DNA from: Haliangium sp.
GTDB lineage: Bacteria; Myxococcota_A; Polyangia; Haliangiales; Haliangiaceae
Assembly: GCF_050303215.1 (NCBI RefSeq)
Contig: NZ_JBNLBH010000019.1
Span: forward strand, 128,001 to 149,096
Direction: 5' to 3'
Length of the DNA stretch: 21,096 nt
Shown piece by piece: positions 7,223 through 21,096 of this stretch. Numbering within the stretch: the stretch's first letter is position 1; each line of letters begins with the position of its first letter. Under the pieces are notes generated by a model that did no database searches, was not told the DNA's origin, and saw nothing but the letters and a program-made list of their open reading frames with translations. Position numbers and translations under genes: made by a program.

Positions 7223-8566
7223 CTAGGGGGCGCAGCCTACGGCGCCGGCGTCGGTCGAGGGCGGGGGGCTGAGGACCGGGCTGCCGGTGAGCTGGCAGTC
7301 GGTGTTGGCGTTGAGGCGGATGCGGCCCACGCTGCCACCGCCACCACCGCCGCCGGCGTCGGGGCCGGGGCCACCGACGCCAGCGTTGCCGTTGTTGGGG
7401 GGGGACGTGCCGGCGCCGCCGTTGCCGCCGTCACCGCCGCTGGCTGAGCCGTCGCGTCCGCCCTTGGCCATGAGCGCGTCGTTACTCCGGCCGTCGTCGC
7501 CGGAGTTCTCCAGGTCGGAGTCGTTCTCCGAGCCGCCCTCGCCACCTCCGCCGCCGTTGGCGGTCACGGCCGCGCTGTTGCCAATGCGGAGGGAGTCGGC
7601 CTCGAGCAGGACGGAGCCGCCGGAGCCGCCACCGCCGCCGCCGTCACGCAGCGCGCCGCCTCCTCCACCGCCGCCAGCCGCGCTGATGAACGCGCCGACG
7701 CTGAGTTGATCGGCAGCCGAGATCTGGATCCCGCCGCCACCTCCACCGCCGTTGCCACCACTGCTGAAGTCACCTGCGCCGCCGTGGCCGCCGGCGCAGC
7801 CGCCGCGCAGGGGCACGATGGCGTCGTTGCCGTTGGCCTGGCCGCCATCGCCGCGGTTCGCGTTGCTGCCGCCCTGGCCGCCCAGGGCGCCGTTGGTGCT
7901 GTAGCCGCCGCCTCCTCCGCCTCCTCCGTTGTCGCCGTTCTTGAAGCCGTCCTGGCCGGTGCCGCCGCCGCTGCCACTGGTGCCGCATACGCTCGCGAGG
8001 GAGCCGCCGGGACCGGGCGTACTGCCCGTGGCTCCGGCGTCGAGGTTGCCATCGATGGTGGCGTCGCCGAAGACGGCAAAGATCACCGAGCGATTGCCGA
8101 CGAGGGTAAGCGAGCCGGTGGCCGTGATCGTGACGTCGAGCATGGGCAGGATGACCAGGTCGCTGCTCGTAACCGGGACCGGCTCGGGCTGGCCGCACCA
8201 CTGAGTGAAGGTCGCGGTGGTCGAGTCGAAGGTGGCGGCGCAGTCAAGAGAGACTGCCACCGTCGGGGTCAAAGTGTCGGGATCGAAATTGCTCGGAACG
8301 TAGGGGAAGGGCGGAGCCGGCACTGCGTCCAGCGGCGCAGCATCCGGCGGGGCCGCGTCGGGCCCCCCGGCGCCGGGGCTTGCATCGGGGCTGTCGGCAT
8401 CAGGACCCATGGGAGGCTCGGCATCGATCGGGTCCGTCCCGCCATCTGCCTGGCGCGAGGGCAGATCCTCGATGCCCAGGGCCTGCACGCAGCCACCCAG
8501 CGCAACCGTCAACGCCAGACATCCGCCGGCAAACTTAGCCATCGTTCTCGTACCGCTTGTCGTCAT
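7223..8566 (-). CDS. Glycine-rich secreted lipoprotein (low-complexity poly-Gly/Asn/Ser blocks; possible beta-helical surface protein)
   Basis: The N-terminus (MTTSGTRT)MAKFAGGCLALTVALGGCVQ is a lipoprotein signal with an LGGC lipobox; the alternative ATG at 8542 gives the same signal. The mature protein begins with a Pro/Asp/Ala-rich linker, followed by ~300 aa dominated by Gly runs (GGGGGGGG, GGGGGGG) interspersed with N, S, D and short hydrophobic stretches, ending ...DCQLTGSPVLSPPPSTDAGAVGCAP. The gene is same-strand and 20 nt downstream of the preceding gene. Confidence 0.7.
   Translation of the reverse strand: MTTSGTRTMAKFAGGCLALTVALGGCVQALGIEDLPSRQADGGTDPIDAEPPMGPDADSPDASPGAGGPDAAPPDAAPLDAVPAPPFPYVPSNFDPDTLTPTVAVSLDCAATFDSTTATFTQWCGQPEPVPVTSSDLVILPMLDVTITATGSLTLVGNRSVIFAVFGDATIDGNLDAGATGSTPGPGGSLASVCGTSGSGGGTGQDGFKNGDNGGGGGGGGYSTNGALGGQGGSNANRGDGGQANGNDAIVPLRGGCAGGHGGAGDFSSGGNGGGGGGGIQISAADQLSVGAFISAAGGGGGGGALRDGGGGGGSGGSVLLEADSLRIGNSAAVTANGGGGGEGGSENDSDLENSGDDGRSNDALMAKGGRDGSASGGDGGNGGAGTSPPNNGNAGVGGPGPDAGGGGGGGSVGRIRLNANTDCQLTGSPVLSPPPSTDAGAVGCAP
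7397..7404 (-). repeat. G8 homopolymer on the plus strand (C8 on the coding strand) inside the Gly-rich lipoprotein gene
   Basis: The plus strand reads GTTGTTGGGGGGGGACG. It encodes ...GTSPPNN... (ggc acg tcc ccc ccc aac aac). This is an 8-nt homopolymer within a coding sequence. Confidence 0.6.
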
Positions 8567-8586
8567 CTACTCGTGCTCGTCGCTCG

Positions 8587-9615
8587 TCAGAACCGCCACG
8601 AGGCCTGGACCCCGTTCCACTGCTGGCCGATGACCGGCTCGATCCGCACGCCGGACGCAGTCTCTGTCGGGGCAGGTGACTGCTCGGGGGCGTTCATGAA
8701 CCACAGCGCGACCCCGGCGCCGAGCCCGACCACGCCGACGATCAAGGACGCTGTGGCCAGGTTGGCGTCGCCGCGGGCGTCGCTGCGCAGGGCCTGGCTG
8801 GCGTCGTAGTCCGCGATCGCGCAGGTCATGTACTCGTCGACGGTGCACAGGTCTTCGGCGTCTCTGTATCGGCCCCGGGCGCGCAAGCCGAACACGACAC
8901 CGACGATGACACCGGCCGCGCCCACGGCGCCGCTGCCGAGCGCGAGCTTGCGGCCGAGCGGCATCGGGGTGCCTTCGCCGCGTTCCACGTCATCCACGCC
9001 GGCCGGCGTGACCGGAACGACAGGCGACTCGGGCTCGGACACTGCGACCTCGAACTCGGGCACGGTGACGCGCTCGGTGCTGCCCGCGCCGGCGACGGTC
9101 ACGGTGACCTCGAAGGGCTCGGCGTCGGGCACTTGGGCGGTGATGACGTGCTGGCCGGGATCGACGGCGATGGGCTGGCCCCACTGCGCCGGGTCCACGA
9201 TCACGTCGCCGCGTCGCACGGTCGGCGCGCCGTGCCGCGCGCTCTCCGTCACCTCGATCACCAGGAACGAGAGCTGCGGCGCCAGCGCGGCGATCTGCTC
9301 TTCGGCGTAGGCGGCGCGCTGCTCATCATCGGCTTCGCGGGCCATGGCCTGGGCGCGCCGATACACCTCGACCGCGGTGGCTGGTTGCTGGTTGAGTTCG
9401 CGGCACTTGGCCAGGTTGAGCAGGGCGCCGACGCTGGCCTCGGCCTCGTGGCTGGCTTCGAACTTGCTGCACGCCTCGGCGAACTTCCTCTGCGCGAGCA
9501 GCTCGCGTCCTTCTTCGAACAGGCGGTCGGCCTCGGTCTGCTGGGCCCAGCTCAGGCTCGGCAAGAAGCAGACCACGAACAAGACCGTCATGGCGCATCG
9601 ATGCAGTGTCCCCAT
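8587..9615 (-). CDS. Secreted protein with N-terminal TPR-like helical pair, PEGA-like beta domain and two C-terminal hydrophobic helices
   Basis: The ATG at 9615 is preceded by AGGGGA with a 5-nt spacer. The signal peptide is MGTLHRCAMTVLFVVCFLPSLSWA|QQ. The mature N-terminus (ADRLFEEGRELLAQRKFAEACSKFEAS...LLNLAKCREL...AVEVYRRAQAMA) is TPR-like. The middle (VRRGDVIVDPAQWGQPIAVDPGQHVITAQVPDAEPFEVTVTV) resembles a PEGA beta-sandwich. Two hydrophobic segments follow (LALGSGAVGAAGVIVGVVFGL; LATASLIVGVVGLGAGVALWF). The gene is same-strand and 24 nt downstream of the kinase gene. Confidence 0.6.
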   Translation of the reverse strand: MGTLHRCAMTVLFVVCFLPSLSWAQQTEADRLFEEGRELLAQRKFAEACSKFEASHEAEASVGALLNLAKCRELNQQPATAVEVYRRAQAMAREADDEQRAAYAEEQIAALAPQLSFLVIEVTESARHGAPTVRRGDVIVDPAQWGQPIAVDPGQHVITAQVPDAEPFEVTVTVAGAGSTERVTVPEFEVAVSEPESPVVPVTPAGVDDVERGEGTPMPLGRKLALGSGAVGAAGVIVGVVFGLRARGRYRDAEDLCTVDEYMTCAIADYDASQALRSDARGDANLATASLIVGVVGLGAGVALWFMNAPEQSPAPTETASGVRIEPVIGQQWNGVQASWRF

Positions 9616-9639
9616 GGAGTTCCCCTGTTGTTGACGAGG

Positions 9640-11913
9640 CTAACGACCTTGCAGCGCGGGATCGTTAATCTCTTTCATGATGGCCGGCTGCTTGGGCTCC
9701 AACTCGACCCCGTGCCGCAGGCAGACCTGGGCCAGCGCGGCTCGGCGCGCGCGCGGCGTCCGCTTGTAGTATCGCTTTGCTCGGCCCTCGTCCTTCAGCG
9801 AGCACGCGGCCATCCCGCATATCGTGAGCGCATCTCGATTCCGGGGCTCGAGTTCCAGCGCATCGTTGCAGTGCCGAAGGGCGACGCCGTACTGCCCGCT
9901 CTTGGCGGCCGTCCGGGCATCGTCCATCAACTCATCGACCCGCTTCTTGCGCTGCACGGGCGACGGTCGCGATGGTTGCTTCGTCTCGGCCTCGGCCTTG
10001 GCCGCACGGCGGCAATCGTCCGCGGCCGTGGCGGCCTCGTCCCATTCGTCCGGCATCGCCTTGGCCAACTCGGCCAGGTCGTCACAAGCGTGGGCGCGCG
10101 CGTGCTTTGTCACCTTTTCGACCACCTCGGCGTGGGCTCGCTCGTAGGCCCCGCGGGCCTGGTCGTACACGACCGAGCCCTCTTCGATGGCGAGCAGGTG
10201 CTCGCGCGCAGCTTTGTACTGCTGGGCATCGAGCGCCTCGCCCATCGCGGCCAGGGCCTTGGCGAACCGCGCCTCTCTCGTCGCGGTGTCCACCAAGGAC
10301 TTCGCCTGCTCGTGGTTCGGATCGCCGGCCAGGATCTCCTTGCCGAGACGCTGTGCCGTCGCCCAGTCGTGCTCGCCGAGCGCTCGCTTCGCCGCCGCGA
10401 GCGCGGCCTCGCCGTCGTCCGCCCCGATGCCCTCTCCGCCGGCACCGGCCGCGGCCTGGGCCTCCTGCTCGGCCGCCTCTTCCGGGCTGACCGCGGCGCT
10501 CGGTTCACCGATGTCAGACTGCTCGGGCAGCAACACGACCGGCTCCGAGGGTTCCTCCGAGGGCCAGAGTGCAGCCACGCCGACCACGCCGACCAGCACT
10601 GACGCCGACACGGTCACGAGGAGTCGCCGCCGCCGCGGCCGCTGCGATACCGGCAGCCGCTGGGAGGCGGCCGTGCGCAGCGTCGTCTGTCCGCCCGATG
10701 CAGCGGCATGCCCAACCGGCGATGAAGCCCCGGCCGCGGCCCACGGCTGGGCAGCGGCGCCGGAAGCATGCGGCTGGTATCCGTCATGGGACGGTGCACG
10801 CGCCGGCGTCCGGGCCGGGTCAGGTCCCGTGGCCGCCTGGGGTGGCACCCGCACGGCGGGGATCCCCTGCGGCACGGTGGCCACCGGCGGGGCGCTGCTC
10901 GCTCGCCTAGGGGCGCCGGGGGTTACCGCAGCCGGTCCGGGGGAGGCGATGGGCGCCGAGGCCCGGGCGGCGACCGGCTCGCCATCCTCATCCCACCGCT
11001 TTTGCTGCGGCACACGCTGCGTAGGTCCGTGGGGATCGTACTCCGGCGGCGGCGCCAGCGAGGGAGCGCGGCGAAACGCCCGCAGCGCTTCCCCGAACTC
11101 GGCGATCGTGGCGTAGCGCTCGTCGGGCGCCTTGGCCATGCCCTTGGCGACGATGGCCTCGAGCGCGGGCGGCACCGAGGGCTCGAACCGGCGCATGGGC
11201 GGCAGCGGCTCCTTCATGTGCCCGACGATCATGTCGCCCGCGCCTTCGCCGATGAAGGGCGGCCGCCCGCACACGGTTCGGAACAGCACGCAGGCCAGCG
11301 AGTAGATATCGCTGCGGTGATCGACCCGGCCGGCGCCGCGGCACTGCTCGGGCGACATATAGGCCGGGGTGCCCATCATGCTGCCGGTGCTGGTCAACAA
11401 GTTGCCGCCGGTCAAGGGCTCGGCCAGCTTGGCGATGCCAAAGTCGAGGATCTTGGACCGCTCGCCGGCCTCCATCTCCTCGTCGGAGGCCAGGAAGATG
11501 TTACCGGGCTTGAGGTCGCGGTGAACGATGCCGGCCTCGTGCGCGGCCGCCAACGCGCTGGCGCACTGGCGCACGATGCGGACCGCGTCGGACACCGGTA
11601 TGCGCTTCACCCGGCGCAACCGCTCCTCCAGGGACTCGCCGTGGAGCAGCTCCATCACGATGTAGGCGCTGTTGTCGGTGTGATAGTCGAAGTCGGAGAT
11701 CTTGACGATGCCGGGGTGATTGACGGCCCCGGAGGCGCGCGCCTCGTTGAAGAAGCGCTGCACGATCTCGGGCTTCTGGGACAGCTCGGGCTTGAGCATC
11801 TTGAGCGCGACGTTGCCCCCGATGCGGGTGTGCTCGGCGAGATAGACCATCCCCATCCCGCCGGTGCCGAGTACTTTGATGAGGCGATAGCGCCCCACTG
11901 TTTGGCCAAGCAT
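9640..11913 (-). CDS. Hanks-type Ser/Thr protein kinase with single TM segment and C-terminal (periplasmic) TPR/Sel1-like repeat domain
   Basis: Kinase subdomains are present: G-loop LGTGGMGMVYLA, VAIK-like VALKML, catalytic loop HRDLKPGNIFL, DFG (DFGIA), APE-like (PAYMSPEQ) and a subdomain XI Arg. This is followed by a Pro/Ala-rich linker, the TM segment RRRRLLVTVSASVLVGVVGVAALW, then about 300 aa of helical repeats. The track ORF starts at TTG 11979. The first ATG (11913, MLGQTVGRYRLIKVLG...) leaves 6 aa before the G-loop and is my preferred start. Confidence 0.85.
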   Translation of the reverse strand: MLGQTVGRYRLIKVLGTGGMGMVYLAEHTRIGGNVALKMLKPELSQKPEIVQRFFNEARASGAVNHPGIVKISDFDYHTDNSAYIVMELLHGESLEERLRRVKRIPVSDAVRIVRQCASALAAAHEAGIVHRDLKPGNIFLASDEEMEAGERSKILDFGIAKLAEPLTGGNLLTSTGSMMGTPAYMSPEQCRGAGRVDHRSDIYSLACVLFRTVCGRPPFIGEGAGDMIVGHMKEPLPPMRRFEPSVPPALEAIVAKGMAKAPDERYATIAEFGEALRAFRRAPSLAPPPEYDPHGPTQRVPQQKRWDEDGEPVAARASAPIASPGPAAVTPGAPRRASSAPPVATVPQGIPAVRVPPQAATGPDPARTPARAPSHDGYQPHASGAAAQPWAAAGASSPVGHAAASGGQTTLRTAASQRLPVSQRPRRRRLLVTVSASVLVGVVGVAALWPSEEPSEPVVLLPEQSDIGEPSAAVSPEEAAEQEAQAAAGAGGEGIGADDGEAALAAAKRALGEHDWATAQRLGKEILAGDPNHEQAKSLVDTATREARFAKALAAMGEALDAQQYKAAREHLLAIEEGSVVYDQARGAYERAHAEVVEKVTKHARAHACDDLAELAKAMPDEWDEAATAADDCRRAAKAEAETKQPSRPSPVQRKKRVDELMDDARTAAKSGQYGVALRHCNDALELEPRNRDALTICGMAACSLKDEGRAKRYYKRTPRARRAALAQVCLRHGVELEPKQPAIMKEINDPALQGR

Positions 11914-12031
11914 CCTGTCCGGCAGGGTACCACGCCTGTCTCGGTTCAAGAACCTCTCTGTTCGTTCTGACCGTATCAAGCCGTACCAAGGCTACACCGC
12001 CCGCCCCGGGCCGCTCCGGACGGGAGGCTGC

Positions 12032-20491
<8,460 letters not shown>

Positions 20492-20612
20492 GTTTTGCGG
20501 GCATTTTCCGAGCTTGGCGCTCGCTTCATCGGCCCGTCACGGGGCCCAACGCGACCTCGCCCGAGCCGCGCCTCGTCGCCCGCGCCTCGCCCACGGAGCA
20601 GCCGACCCTCGC

Positions 20613-21096
20613 TTACAGCCCCAGATCGATACCCTTGAGGCGCACCCGCCTCCGCAGCTTGCCGTCACGGCCGGCGTCGCGTGTGCGCACGCGCAGGGTC
20701 TCCCGCCGATGCCCCGGCGCCGATACCCGCACGACATAAGCCTTGTCGCGCCGTTCGAGCACGATCGGCTGGCGCGTCACCACCGCGCCATCGACCTCGA
20801 TGCGAGCCGGAACACCTCGGGGCGAAACCCGCACATACAGCTCGACCGGGCCGCGGCGCTTGGGCTTGCGCTCTCGGGCCGGGGCAGGCGCTGGTACCGG
20901 CGCGACCTCGGTCCGCCGCCCGGACTCGGGCTTGGGCTCGGTCCGCCCGGGCGCGGGTTCGGACGCGGACTCGGGCTCGGACGCGGACAACGCTCCGCCC
21001 TCGGGCCGCGCACCCGGTACCGGCGCGGCCGGCGGCTTCGATGCGCGCTCGCCCCCGTCGACCACCTCGGAGGCGGCGTCCACGGGCGCGACCGCC
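20613..21096 (-). CDS. PEGA-domain protein, 3' portion (5' end probably lies beyond the window edge)
   Basis: The C-terminal ~80 aa (VELYVRVSPRGVPARIEVDGAVVTRQPIVLERRDKAYVVRVSAPGHRRETLRVRTRDAGRDGKLRRRVRLKGIDL) fit the PEGA beta-sandwich pattern: S-P-x-G-a-x-i-x-v-D-G, then G-x-H-x-v-x-v. Upstream is a Pro/Ala/Glu-rich low-complexity region. An in-window ATG at 21083 exists, but the open frame continues to the window end (21096). In many bacteria PEGA domains form the C-terminus of larger proteins such as kinases, so truncation is likely. Stop codon at 20613-20615. Confidence 0.55.
   Translation of the reverse strand, partial: AVAPVDAASEVVDGGERASKPPAAPVPGARPEGGALSASEPESASEPAPGRTEPKPESGRRTEVAPVPAPAPARERKPKRRGPVELYVRVSPRGVPARIEVDGAVVTRQPIVLERRDKAYVVRVSAPGHRRETLRVRTRDAGRDGKLRRRVRLKGIDLGL

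Noticed and set aside
7706-8809. 367-aa plus-strand ORF and the 7287..7709 / 7564..8079 ORFs overlapping the Gly-rich lipoprotein gene
   Set aside because: They mirror the GGC/GGN codon runs of the Gly-rich gene (reading Ala/Pro/Arg runs). They have no signal peptide or motif and are spurious.
9133-11970. Plus-strand ORFs 9133..10602 (489 aa), 10187..11116 and 10768..11970 antisense to the kinase gene
   Set aside because: The kinase frame has all Hanks subdomains in order. The antisense frames are low-complexity.

Overview
The window is about 21 kb of very GC-rich (~70%) DNA. Gene content (Hanks-type Ser/Thr kinase, PEGA domains, a 2,819-aa TPR giant, many lipoproteins) suggests a myxobacterium-like (Myxococcota) chromosome; this is inference from content. 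Most genes lie on the minus strand. Because of the GC content, nearly every frame is open, so many long antisense ORFs in the track are artefacts.

I support 12 protein-coding genes, in window order:
- an exported lipoprotein class-I SAM methyltransferase (+);
- an atypical-SDR/NmrA-like NAD(P)-binding protein (-);
- a gamma-class (Eco57I/TaqI-like) N6-adenine DNA methyltransferase (+), with no restriction partner visible in the window;
- a two-gene pupylation-like module (-): a 58-aa Pup homologue ending in Gly-Gly-Glu, 24 nt upstream of a PafA/Dop-family Pup ligase homologue carrying a ~115-aa multi-helix hydrophobic insertion;
- an Rpn (YhgA/Transposase_31) PD-(D/E)XK nuclease gene (-) with visibly lower GC than its surroundings;
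- a co-directional minus-strand five-gene block: PEGA-domain protein (5'-truncated by the window edge), 2,819-aa TPR giant, Hanks Ser/Thr kinase with TM and periplasmic TPR-like tail, secreted TPR/PEGA-like two-TM protein, and a Gly-rich lipoprotein with a C8 homopolymer in its coding sequence.

The most unusual observation is the membrane-inserted PafA-like ligase paired with a GGE-terminated Pup, with no proteasome or Mpa gene in view.
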